In this document: positions 55,181-64,000 of the stretch, one piece after another | How the letters are laid out: every line of letters starts with the position of its first letter | Numbering within the stretch: position 1 is the stretch's first letter | Assembly (NCBI GenBank): GCA_003518055.1 | Contig: DOZJ01000006.1 | Span: 136,912 to 200,911, forward strand | Direction: 5' to 3' | Source: Candidatus Falkowbacteria bacterium | Lineage (GTDB): Bacteria > Patescibacteriota > Patescibacteriia > UBA11705 | Length of the DNA stretch: 64,000 nucleotides | The notes under the pieces: model-generated | Seen by the model: only the letters and a program-made list of their open reading frames with translations | Database searches by the model: none | What the model was told of the DNA's origin: nothing | Made by a program: the position numbers and the translations under genes

Positions 55181-55212
55181 AAAGATTCGCCTGTTAAGGT
55201 GGATCTTTTTTT
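55181..55212 (+). terminator. Intrinsic terminator of the ribosomal operon
   Basis: aagattcgcc/ggtggatctt stem plus T-run. Confidence 0.8.
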
Positions 55213-55264
55213 CAAAGTTTAGACACTTTACCGCAAGTAAATTTATAGATATAATAAAGTTATT

Positions 55265-56710
55265 ATGATGAAAAAAACGGTTGCTCAAAATACGTCATAT
55301 TTAACATTCTCTTATATCGCGCAAAAGCTGTTATCTTTTGTTTATTTTGTGCTAATAGCGAGATTTTTGGGGGTTGAAGATTTGGGAAAATATACTTTTG
55401 CTCTGTCTTTCACCACGATGTTCGCGGTATTTATTGATTTGGGTTTGACGTCGGCTTTGATTAGGGAGATCGCGAAGTATACTGAAAAAGCGAAAGATTA
55501 TATTTCGGCCATAATCGGGGTAAAGCTAATCCTTGGCGTTTTGACTTATGTCGCGGTGGTTATAGCCATAAATTTAATGGGGTATCCGCTGCTGACCAGA
55601 CAATTGGTTTATTTGTCGGCAATCGTAATGGTTATGGATTCAATTACATTATCACTTTGGGGGGTTTTTCGCGGCCAGCAAAATTTAAAATTGGAATCAT
55701 TGAGTGTGATTTTGAATCAATTTTTAATTGTGACCATCGGGTTCGTGATTATATATTTAAATTTGCCCTTGACCTATTTGATGGCTCCGTTTATTGTTGC
55801 TAGTTTGTTTAGTTTAGTATTTGCTTTGACGATGATTAAATTACGCGTCGGTTCATGGCCGCAGATCCACTTTAATCATGAATTGCTGAAGCCGTTGCTT
55901 GTAATCGCGTGGCCGTTTGCTTTGATCGCTATTTTTAGCCGAATATATGGCAATGCTGATTCGGTTTTATTGTCATATTTACTGGGCGCTGACGGCGATA
56001 AAGCGGTTGGCTGGTATCAGGCAGCCATGAAGATTCCATTTGCTTTACAGTTTATCCCTTCCGCGTTTGCCGCGGCGATTTTTCCGGCGTTTAGTCATTA
56101 TTTTCATTCAGACCGGAAACAACTGACTTATATATTCAATAAGACCATGCTGCTTTTAACCATAATTGTGGTTCCGATGGCTTTTGGTTTGGTCAGTATT
56201 GCTCCGGAGGCGGTGGTTATATTATTCGGTTCTGAGTTTATGCCTTCAATTATAGCGCTGCAAATTTTGGCTTTGGGGCTGATTTTTGTCTTTTTGAATT
56301 TTCCCTTGGGGTCGCTATTAAATAGCTGTGATAAACAAGTTTTGAATACGAAAATGATGGGAATAGTATTGGTTATAAATTTGGGTTTGAATTTTATTTT
56401 TATTCCTCATTATCAATATGTAGCGTCCGCCATAATTTTCTTATTTACTCATGGTTTGTTGTTTGCCATGAGTTTACTCGCAGCCAAAGATATTATCCCA
56501 TACAGCAAAAGAAATTTAGTGTTAGTCTTTTTCAGAACAATAGTTAGTTCAATTGCGATGGTGGCCGTGGTTTTGTTTTTGAAGGCGTATATTGGTGTTT
56601 TTGGGGCTATTATCCCGGCGGTAGCGGTTTATTTGGTGGTATTGTATGTTATAAAGGGGTTTACGAAGGAGGACGTAATCTATTTAAGACAAGCCATTGT
56701 GAAAAAATAG
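55265..56710 (+). CDS. Wzx-type polysaccharide flippase
   Basis: ARFLG...GKY, DLGL..ALIREIA, many TM helices. Confidence 0.88.
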   Translation: MMKKTVAQNTSYLTFSYIAQKLLSFVYFVLIARFLGVEDLGKYTFALSFTTMFAVFIDLGLTSALIREIAKYTEKAKDYISAIIGVKLILGVLTYVAVVIAINLMGYPLLTRQLVYLSAIVMVMDSITLSLWGVFRGQQNLKLESLSVILNQFLIVTIGFVIIYLNLPLTYLMAPFIVASLFSLVFALTMIKLRVGSWPQIHFNHELLKPLLVIAWPFALIAIFSRIYGNADSVLLSYLLGADGDKAVGWYQAAMKIPFALQFIPSAFAAAIFPAFSHYFHSDRKQLTYIFNKTMLLLTIIVVPMAFGLVSIAPEAVVILFGSEFMPSIIALQILALGLIFVFLNFPLGSLLNSCDKQVLNTKMMGIVLVINLGLNFIFIPHYQYVASAIIFLFTHGLLFAMSLLAAKDIIPYSKRNLVLVFFRTIVSSIAMVAVVLFLKAYIGVFGAIIPAVAVYLVVLYVIKGFTKEDVIYLRQAIVKK

Positions 56711-56713
56711 TTT

Positions 56714-57433
56714 ATGGTACAATATTTTCATAAGGCTGAGAAAATTAAAGCGTACATGTCTGATGGAGCTGATGACAATCTATCGTTAAAGTGGGGCAGA
56801 GCGCATGGTGGAGCAAATAGGACACTTTTTTTATCAAAATTTGGATTAAATGTCAGTAACTTAATCACCGCCGAGCAGGTTCATGGATCTCACGTTGCAG
56901 TGGTTGGAGCTAAAGAGCGGGGAATGGGGTCGGAAAACAAAGATTGGATCAAAAAATGTGATGGCTTGATTACGAGTGAACGGGAGGTGATTTTGGGTGT
57001 AGAAACCGCCGATTGTGCGCCGATTTTGTTTTGGGAGGATAAAAAGGGAATAATTGGTATTGCTCACTCCGGTTGGCGCGGTACGGTCAAGAATATAGCT
57101 CAGCAAATGGTTAATAAAATTGTTCAACTTGGAGGAAATGTGAAAAATATTCAAGTGGAAATCGGCCCGCATATTGGTAAATGCTGTTTTGAGATAAAGA
57201 AGGATGTCGCGGATGAATTTATAAATTGGCCCAAGGCATTGAGTTGTGTTGGGACGAAAAAATATCTTGATTTGACTGCTGTGATTAAGTCGCAACTGAT
57301 ACAGTGTGGGGTGAATAAACGGCGTATTTTATCTTCTAAACATTGTACAGCCCATGAACAAAATTTTTATTCATACCGGAGACAAGGTGTAGATCTTGAC
57401 GGAGCGATGCTCAGTGTTATTATGATGATATGA
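56714..57433 (+). CDS. pgeF: YfiH/PgeF (laccase-domain, purine nucleoside phosphorylase) family protein
   Basis: QVHG, DGLIT, TADCAP, AHSGWRG, IGPHI..CCFE, FYSYRR. Confidence 0.9.
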   Translation: MVQYFHKAEKIKAYMSDGADDNLSLKWGRAHGGANRTLFLSKFGLNVSNLITAEQVHGSHVAVVGAKERGMGSENKDWIKKCDGLITSEREVILGVETADCAPILFWEDKKGIIGIAHSGWRGTVKNIAQQMVNKIVQLGGNVKNIQVEIGPHIGKCCFEIKKDVADEFINWPKALSCVGTKKYLDLTAVIKSQLIQCGVNKRRILSSKHCTAHEQNFYSYRRQGVDLDGAMLSVIMMI

Positions 57434-58572
57434 GAAAAACATTACTTTTAACAATGGATTTTCCACCGGAAATTGGAGGTGTGGCGAATTATTGGGGCAA
57501 TCTATTGCTAAATTTGCCTGAAGACAAGGTGGTGGTATTGGCGCCGGAGAATGATAATTCTTTGGATTTTGATGTCAAACAAAAATATGTAGTTTATCGA
57601 AGACGGTTGTTGACAACGAGTAGCCGTGTTTGGCCACGTTGGTGGCCGTATTTGTGGCAGGTTTATCGACTTTGTCGGGTTGAATCACCGGAGCAGATTA
57701 TTGTCGGACAGGTTTTACCCGGAGGAACTATAGCTTGGTTGATGAAAAAAATATTAAATATTCCATATATTTTATCATTTCATGGTTTGGATATATCAAT
57801 GGCTCAAATGACTAAAAGACGAAAAAAATGGTTTAGATTTTTAGTGAATTCTGCGAGCAAAATTATTGTTAATAGTGATTTTACCAAGCAAAAATTAATT
57901 TTGGTAATGGGTACAGTTAAGGCTCCAATCGAAATTGTTTATCCGTGCGCCTCAATATTACCGCTGAATGAATATTCAGATTTGATATTGAATGATTTCG
58001 TCGATAGATATAGCGTGAAAAACAAAAAAATAATTTTGTCAGTGGGACGATTGGTTGAACGTAAAGGTTTTGATCAAATGATTAGAGTGGTGTCTAACAT
58101 TAGACGAAAAATGCCGTTCATTCATTACTTTATTGTGGGCCGCGGACCGGATAAAAATAGATTGGAATCAATTGTAGTTCATCATAACGCGGAAAAATAT
58201 GTGACGATTTTGTCTGATGTATCTGATGATGAATTACCATATTTTTACAAACTCGCTGATTTGTTTGTCATGCTGCCAAGGGAGTTGGCGGATGGTGATG
58301 TCGAGGGCTTTGGGATAGTTTTTTTGGAGGCCAATCTATTTCATTTGCCGGTTTTGGCCGGGAATAGCGGAGGCGTGCCGGAGGCGGTCGAGAATAACGT
58401 GAGCGGTGTTTTGGTTGATTCAAGCGATATAATGCAGATTCAGCAAGCGGCGGAGTCGCTACTAAAGAATGATGAAAATCGGCGGTTAATGGGTGATTTG
58501 GGATTTGAGAGAGCTCAACGGCTGTACAATTGGCCGGCTCAGGCAAAAAGATTAGAAGCTTTTTTGGGCTAA
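57430..58572 (+). CDS. Glycosyltransferase family 4 (PimB-like)
   Basis: DFPP.IGG, SVGRLVERKG, EGFGIVFLEA, GNSGGVPEAV. Confidence 0.9.
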   Translation: MRKTLLLTMDFPPEIGGVANYWGNLLLNLPEDKVVVLAPENDNSLDFDVKQKYVVYRRRLLTTSSRVWPRWWPYLWQVYRLCRVESPEQIIVGQVLPGGTIAWLMKKILNIPYILSFHGLDISMAQMTKRRKKWFRFLVNSASKIIVNSDFTKQKLILVMGTVKAPIEIVYPCASILPLNEYSDLILNDFVDRYSVKNKKIILSVGRLVERKGFDQMIRVVSNIRRKMPFIHYFIVGRGPDKNRLESIVVHHNAEKYVTILSDVSDDELPYFYKLADLFVMLPRELADGDVEGFGIVFLEANLFHLPVLAGNSGGVPEAVENNVSGVLVDSSDIMQIQQAAESLLKNDENRRLMGDLGFERAQRLYNWPAQAKRLEAFLG

Positions 58573-58615
58573 TTTTGGCGATAATTGTGTGATTTTATCG
58601 AGCTGAATAATGAGC

Positions 58616-58644
58616 TTGACGAAATATTTATCTTTTGCTAAAAT
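58616..58644 (+). promoter_or_regulatory. Promoter of rplJL
   Basis: TTGACG-17-TAAAAT with TGn. Confidence 0.72.
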
Positions 58645-58660
58645 ATAAATACAAATTAAT

Positions 58661-58762
58661 TCCGCAGACTGCAAGTGTCGATAGACTTAAATATCTTGCA
58701 TAGGAACGAATAAGAGCTTACGGTCTTTGAGCCGTTAGTTTTTAGAAGATAAGTCTGCGGGG
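58661..58762 (+). promoter_or_regulatory. Ribosomal protein L10 leader (autoregulatory RNA)
   Basis: ccgcAGACTGCAAG-tgtc..gac-TTAAATA-TCTTGCA-tAGG kink-turn-like pattern, closing stem ccgcagact/agtctgcgg, directly upstream of rplJ. Confidence 0.8.
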
Positions 58763-58803
58763 AACCGGAGATATTTTTTTACTAATTATTCATTTTTAAC
58801 AAT

Positions 58804-59322
58804 ATGGCTAAAACTAAGCAGCAAAAAGAAGATTTTATTTCTTTGCTCAGAGACAAGCTGTCTGAAGCCAAAGGTGTTGTGGTCGTGAGTTACACTGGTT
58901 TAAATGTTCCTAATACCGAGGAACTTCGCAATAAGTGTAAAAACGAGCAAGTCAACTTCATGGCGGTCAAAAAGACCTTGCTAAAGAAGGTGTTGAGTGA
59001 GTTGAAACTTGATGACGTGGAGCTGGATTACTCGGGTAGTTTGGCCGTGGCCTTTGGTCGTGAGGATGAGATCGCTCCGGCAAAAATCTTGAATGATTTT
59101 GCTAAAAAACATGAAGAAATAGTGTTTAAGGGCGGAATTCTAGAATCAAAGATTATCGGGGTTGAAGGCGTAAAGGTATTGGCGGCAATTCCAAGTAAAC
59201 CTGAATTGTACGCAAAACTTGTCGGATCGTTGAATGCTCCGATCAGTGGATTTGTCAATGTGATGGCGGGAAACTTACGGGGTTTGGTGAACGTGCTTAA
59301 CGCAATTAAAAATAATAAATAA
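58804..59322 (+). CDS. rplJ: 50S ribosomal protein L10
   Basis: Y.GL.V...ELR, VKKTL, PSKPELYAKLVG. Confidence 0.96.
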   Translation: MAKTKQQKEDFISLLRDKLSEAKGVVVVSYTGLNVPNTEELRNKCKNEQVNFMAVKKTLLKKVLSELKLDDVELDYSGSLAVAFGREDEIAPAKILNDFAKKHEEIVFKGGILESKIIGVEGVKVLAAIPSKPELYAKLVGSLNAPISGFVNVMAGNLRGLVNVLNAIKNNK

Positions 59323-59400
59323 TTAACGAAGTGTTTAGCGATTAGAGTTTGTAATTATTAGATACAACGCTATACGTTTAACACTAAGATTGATAACATT

Positions 59401-59844
59401 ATGACAGATGAAAAAAAGCCAGTTGAAGAAACAACTGTAGCCGAAGAAAAGAAGGCGGTTGAAGTACCGGCGAAATTCAAATCTTTGGTAGAGGAAATTG
59501 AAAAAATGTCGGTTATGGATTTGGCTGAGTTGGTCAAAATTTTGGAAGATAAATTCGGCGTGAGCGCGGCGGCCCCAATGATGGCTATGGCCATGGGACC
59601 AGCTGCCGGTGCTGAAGCGGCGGTAGAAGAGAAATCTGAATTTGATATCGAACTTGCTTCAGGCGGTGCAAATAAAATTGCCGTTATTAAGGTGGTTAAG
59701 GAAGTAACCGGTCTTGGTTTGAAAGAAGCCAAAGATTTAGTTGATGGCGCTCCAAAGGTAATCAAACAGGCCGTCAAAAAAGAAGAGGCGGAAGTCATCA
59801 AAACCAAAATTGTTGAAGCTGGCGGGCAAGTCAATTTGAAGTAA
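59401..59844 (+). CDS. rplL: 50S ribosomal protein L7/L12
   Basis: [30 protein letters not shown]. Confidence 0.97.
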   Translation: MTDEKKPVEETTVAEEKKAVEVPAKFKSLVEEIEKMSVMDLAELVKILEDKFGVSAAAPMMAMAMGPAAGAEAAVEEKSEFDIELASGGANKIAVIKVVKEVTGLGLKEAKDLVDGAPKVIKQAVKKEEAEVIKTKIVEAGGQVNLK

Positions 59845-59865
59845 GATAAAATTTAGTTATACGAT

Positions 59866-59898
59866 AAAGAGCTCTCCTGTCCGGAGGGCTCTTTTTTT
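59866..59898 (+). terminator. Intrinsic terminator after rplL
   Basis: agagctctcc/ggagggctct stem plus T-run. Confidence 0.85.
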
Positions 59899-59938
59899 AG
59901 TTTAATTTGGTTTAACTTGAAGTTGCTAGGTAGCTGGT

Positions 59939-62083
59939 TTAAAGAGTGAATTTATATATTCCGCCGTCGGCAATTAGATACCCAGATTGACCGTCAGGGC
60001 TGACCTGAATTGATGTCGTGGTAACGATGCCTGAAAAAATTATTTGACGAATAATCGATCCTTGTTTGTCGGTAATGATTAACCGGTTGTTGGCCGGATC
60101 AGAAAGGAAAAGATTGTTTAGCTCCGGTGTGGTGAAAATATGATTGGCGGCGTTGGTTGTGGGATCCAAACTCGGTGAATTGATAGTGTCAGGAGCCCCG
60201 GCGTAATATTTTTGAAGTTTTCCCGTTTGATTGAGGGTGTAAATACTACCATCAACAGTGAGATCAGAAAAGCTGGAAAAATCGGTTTCAGCAGACAACC
60301 AGATCGTACTAGCGCCGGTTCCCAGATTATTCGTTTTGACAATTTGTGATTGAGTTAACAAGTACAGATTACTGTTGTAAATTTTGAAACTGATGGGTTG
60401 ATTGTCCAATGTTTTTATGGGTTGAAAGCCGTTGGGAGTAAATTTAACCATCCGATTGTCTTTGGTTATCATAATGACATTTCCGTTGTTGTCGTTGTCA
60501 GCCAGAGTGATGTCAGCCTCATAATTAATGATCTTGTCGATAGTTTTGGTTTGAGAATTGACAGTAGCGACGGTTTGGCCGTTGCCGAAAAGGTAAAGCT
60601 CATTCTGAGCAATCAATATTTTGGTGGTCGATAATTTTTCGCCATTTATTTCAAGCGACATGATTTTTTCCGGCACGATGTTTTCAATATGGGAAATTTT
60701 ATTTTTCAGGTCAATAATTTTTGTCTGAAGCTCTTCGTAGTTTATTTTTTGATTGTTGGTGTCCTTAGGTAATTGGCTTAGTTTGGCGGCGGCTTCGGTA
60801 ATGAAGACTAGGCTTTGATCTTGATTCTTGTAGATATAATTAGATTCGGCATCGGCAATCAAGGTTTTGACCGATTCAATTTGAGTTTTGTAGGTGGCGG
60901 ACGCGGCGTGGACGTTTTTTTGATATTTTGACCAGAAAATACCGCCGCTTAATAATAGGCCAAACATAATTATAGCCGTAATGATATAAAGACCGTTTTT
61001 GGGTTTTTTTGTCAAGCTGAGTATGTTCTTAATTGAGAATGATCTGGTCTCGACGTTTTTGGGGGTGGTAATGACGTTTCCGGTCTTTTTGAACGATAAT
61101 AAAGCCAATATGGTGGATTTTAATTGGTTTAATGTCCGTGAAATGGCTGTTCGTCCGGATTTATTGGTCGTCGGATCGAGAGAAAATATTTTGGAGATAA
61201 AGATCAAAGCGCGTTTGGCATGTTTGGTAATATTAAGAGCAAAGCTTGGTGTGAGAAGTTTTTCGGTGGTTTGGGTGGTGTTGATGAAACTGGCAATGGA
61301 CCGCTCTGAATCGGATTTGGGGTTATTATCGAGGGCGAGTTCATGTTTTAAAAATATCGTACAATGACTTTGAAAGTTTTTGGTGTGCAATTCTTTTAGT
61401 TGAGTTTTGAAATAGTCTATGGCTTCATTTAAGCTATTGTGACTTATAATATGCAAAATTTTGGCCGGGGATATCAGGTTGTGAACAATTTCGGTCATAA
61501 TGACAATGGTGTCATAAAAGTTGAGTTGGCCGGAGGTGATAGAGGAAAAAATTTTGACTTTATTGTTTATGGTTTGGTTTGGCTGGGGAGCGGAGTCAAT
61601 GATGCTAACCAGTTTATAGTCATTTTTTTTGGTTTTATGAACCACGTACGCGTTTATTTGGCCTTTACTGGTGAAGTAAAGTTGACTTTCCGTGTTGTCG
61701 GTATTCGGCTTCACGATGCCGATAAAATAGCTTAGGTTTTCAAGGATTAAATTGATCTGCCCGATTTGGATTAGTTCGATGATTTTTTGATTGGTTTTGT
61801 TAAGAGCGAATTCAAAAATTGTTTCAAGGTGGCATTTTGTCGGGTCTGGTGAACTGGTAATCTGTTGGTAGTAGCTTTCGTTCAGACCGTTGAGGATAGT
61901 GGTGTAAACTTTTTCCGCTTGATTTGGGTCAGTGGCTCTTATTTCAATAATGCCAAAAAGAAAACCACCGTGTTTTTCTTTGTTTTCCGGAAAAATTTTA
62001 AAATTTTGACAGAAATAATCTGACGATTTTTTGGGATTATCGATGGTTAAATCCTTGATTGACAATAAATGGTTTTCTGGCAT
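59939..62083 (-). CDS. Single-pass membrane protein: cytoplasmic degenerate PP2C-like region and extracellular beta-propeller-like region
   Basis: Central TM (IITAIIMFGLLLSGGIFW); C-terminal DGSIY/LFLSDPANNRL beta repeats; domain calls are inference. Confidence 0.75.
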   Translation of the reverse strand: MPENHLLSIKDLTIDNPKKSSDYFCQNFKIFPENKEKHGGFLFGIIEIRATDPNQAEKVYTTILNGLNESYYQQITSSPDPTKCHLETIFEFALNKTNQKIIELIQIGQINLILENLSYFIGIVKPNTDNTESQLYFTSKGQINAYVVHKTKKNDYKLVSIIDSAPQPNQTINNKVKIFSSITSGQLNFYDTIVIMTEIVHNLISPAKILHIISHNSLNEAIDYFKTQLKELHTKNFQSHCTIFLKHELALDNNPKSDSERSIASFINTTQTTEKLLTPSFALNITKHAKRALIFISKIFSLDPTTNKSGRTAISRTLNQLKSTILALLSFKKTGNVITTPKNVETRSFSIKNILSLTKKPKNGLYIITAIIMFGLLLSGGIFWSKYQKNVHAASATYKTQIESVKTLIADAESNYIYKNQDQSLVFITEAAAKLSQLPKDTNNQKINYEELQTKIIDLKNKISHIENIVPEKIMSLEINGEKLSTTKILIAQNELYLFGNGQTVATVNSQTKTIDKIINYEADITLADNDNNGNVIMITKDNRMVKFTPNGFQPIKTLDNQPISFKIYNSNLYLLTQSQIVKTNNLGTGASTIWLSAETDFSSFSDLTVDGSIYTLNQTGKLQKYYAGAPDTINSPSLDPTTNAANHIFTTPELNNLFLSDPANNRLIITDKQGSIIRQIIFSGIVTTTSIQVSPDGQSGYLIADGGIYKFTL

Positions 62084-62174
62084 ATTAAGAAATAAAATTC
62101 TTTGGTCGGTTGACGGTTCAAATCTTAGTGTATTATACTATAATAAATGCCTAATGTAAATATTATGACCCAAT

Positions 62175-62810
62175 ATGCTTGATCAATTATTTGGTTCAAA
62201 AACTAGGGTGAAAATGATAAAGTTATTTCTCAGTAATCCTGAACGGATGTTTTATGTCCGAGAATTGACAAGATTAACTGATTCTCTGATAAATTCGATT
62301 CGACGAGAACTGGATAATTTGTTGGAGGTCGGATTGATAGAAGTCGTTACACCTGAACAGGAAAATGGTTCAGTACCGAAAATCGTCGAGGAGACGGCAA
62401 CTAGAGGCGTTAACGCCAAGAAATATTATCGATTGAATAAACGGAATATATTCAAAAATGAACTGGATGCACTTTTTTGTAAAAACAAAATGATGATTGA
62501 AAAAAGATTCGCCGAAAAAATCAAGGAGGTCGGTCAAGTTAATTATCTGGCTTTGAGCGGAATTTTTGTTGACAACCGTAAATCCCCAACTGATTTGGTG
62601 GTGATTGGATCGTTTGAAAAGAAAGATATGATTAGAGCGATTAATCGGTTTGAACAGGAAATAGGAAAGAGGATTAAATTTACAATCATGGATTTAAAAG
62701 AATATAAACTGCGTCATGATATTGCGGATCGTTTTCTGCTTGACATCCTCGATGAGAGTCAGCAAGATTTGATTATCGTCAATCAATTGTCAGAAATAGA
62801 CAATTTATAG
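62175..62810 (+). CDS. Winged-HTH protein with degenerate nucleotidyltransferase-like C-terminal domain
   Basis: LFGSKTRVK, FYVRELTR, SIRRELDNL; LSG....TDLVVIG. Confidence 0.75.
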   Translation: MLDQLFGSKTRVKMIKLFLSNPERMFYVRELTRLTDSLINSIRRELDNLLEVGLIEVVTPEQENGSVPKIVEETATRGVNAKKYYRLNKRNIFKNELDALFCKNKMMIEKRFAEKIKEVGQVNYLALSGIFVDNRKSPTDLVVIGSFEKKDMIRAINRFEQEIGKRIKFTIMDLKEYKLRHDIADRFLLDILDESQQDLIIVNQLSEIDNL

Positions 62811-62843
62811 TATAATGATGATGATATAATCTAAACGATTTTT

Positions 62844-64000
62844 ATGAAAAAATATTTGATGGCGGTTTTTTTTATCGTTATGCTGGCGGGATGTGTGATG
62901 TGGGCTTTTTCCGCTCGGGCGCAAATTGAAGATGCAACTGAGCTCCGTGTTTATAGTCATGGCTTGGAGCTGCAACAGAAGCTGGAATTGTTCGCGGATG
63001 ATTTTCCCGGCTATTTGGATTTCGATTTGATTGATCTCGGAGGTGATGGGATTGATGAAGTTTTGCTTGGAATGGGATATCAAGCGAAACCCACGGTGCG
63101 TTTGCTTCGAAATGATGGCAGTGAGATAAATTCATGGCAGCCGTATGTGGCTGGTTATGAGGGGCGGGTGAATGTGGCTTCTTATGATTTTGATGGTGAT
63201 GGTCTGGAGGAAATTGTGACCTCTCCCGGTGAGGGCGGCGGACCTCAGATTCGGATCTTTGACGGTTATGGCCAACCGAAATTTTCTAATGGATTTTTTG
63301 TATATGATAAAGGTTATCGCGGCGGTGTAGAAATCGCCATCGGTGACGTTAACGGTGATGGCCAAGTGGAAATCGTATCCAGTCTTTATGCTGATGGAAA
63401 GAATATTATTAATTTTTATGATCATTCTGGGACCAAGGTGTTGAGTGATATTGTGATAGATGCTGTTGATGCATTCGAACCCATGAAAATCACAGTTTTG
63501 GATGTGGATTCTGATGGTCTGGATGATATTATTATGGGTTCAAGCGCAGGGATGCGGTCGACCGTTTTAGCCTATAATATTTTTGGTGAGAAAGTTTTGG
63601 AGTTTGATGCCTATGCTTCTGGTTTTAGAGGCGGGGTTGATGTGTCTGTGTCTTATTTCAACGGAGTCCCATATATTACCACCGCGGCCGGATTCAGCGG
63701 CGGACCTCACGTGAGATTTTTTGATGTTAATGGACAATCGAGAATTAATCCGACATTCTTTGTTTATGATAAAGACTTTCGGGGTGGTGTGAATGTGGCA
63801 TATGGCAACTTGATTGGAAATAACGAGGTAGTGGTTGTGCCGCAGACATTGCAGTTAGGCGGTGATTTGCCGGCTGGTTATAAAGTGATTAAGGTTGATT
63901 TATCAGAGCAAAAATTGTACGCCTATACTCGTGGCCGGTTGGAAAAATCGTTTTATATTTCTTCCGGCAAGTGGGGATATGATACGCCGATCGGAACATT
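62844..64000 (+). CDS. Secreted FG-GAP-repeat L,D-transpeptidase (YkuD) family protein, truncated by the window end
   Basis: Manual reading: signal peptide MKKYLMAVFF, D.DGDG..EIV and GGPQIRIF repeats, then IKVDLSEQKLYAY...ISSG...TP.G. Confidence 0.85.
   Translation, partial: MKKYLMAVFFIVMLAGCVMWAFSARAQIEDATELRVYSHGLELQQKLELFADDFPGYLDFDLIDLGGDGIDEVLLGMGYQAKPTVRLLRNDGSEINSWQPYVAGYEGRVNVASYDFDGDGLEEIVTSPGEGGGPQIRIFDGYGQPKFSNGFFVYDKGYRGGVEIAIGDVNGDGQVEIVSSLYADGKNIINFYDHSGTKVLSDIVIDAVDAFEPMKITVLDVDSDGLDDIIMGSSAGMRSTVLAYNIFGEKVLEFDAYASGFRGGVDVSVSYFNGVPYITTAAGFSGGPHVRFFDVNGQSRINPTFFVYDKDFRGGVNVAYGNLIGNNEVVVVPQTLQLGGDLPAGYKVIKVDLSEQKLYAYTRGRLEKSFYISSGKWGYDTPIGT

Noticed and set aside
59821-59830. 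ggcgggcaag resembling the 30-nt element tail
   Set aside because: Encodes the normal GGQV of L7/L12 and has no left arm

Overview
A 64-kb, almost entirely plus-strand segment of a small-genome bacterium using genetic code 11. It is most likely Patescibacteria/CPR (inferred from class-II GlyRS, short AlaRS, RpoA without a CTD, pilM/pilins and SD-less housekeeping genes). The backbone is housekeeping: dnaJ, dus, mreB, holB, frr, glyQS, murJ, lepA, recJ, RNase H, pilM, mnmA, alaS, mutS, mutL, infA-rpmJ-rpsM-rpsK-rpsD-rpoA-rplQ-rplM-rpsI, and L10 leader-rplJ-rplL. About 14 small accessory units are interspersed, each with a near-consensus sigma70 promoter and a strong SD. Main leads: (1) a ~960-nt GC-rich, densely base-paired region with no credible ORF, with its own promoter and terminator, between a DnaJ/vWA operon and mutL; it is a candidate large non-coding RNA that I cannot assign to a known class. 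(2) A family of ~30-nt hairpin elements ending in CAGG/CAAG, with compensatory stems, that nest inside each other and insert in frame into a gene. (3) A duplicated mnmA-end/DHH-promoter slot holding different cargo genes. (4) A HEPN-like + NYN nuclease pair with a convergent small-RNA promoter. (5) Two tandem paralogues of a protein family I do not recognise. No tRNA, rRNA, CRISPR array, integrase or transposase was recognised. All calls were made by eye, with no database searches or folding software.
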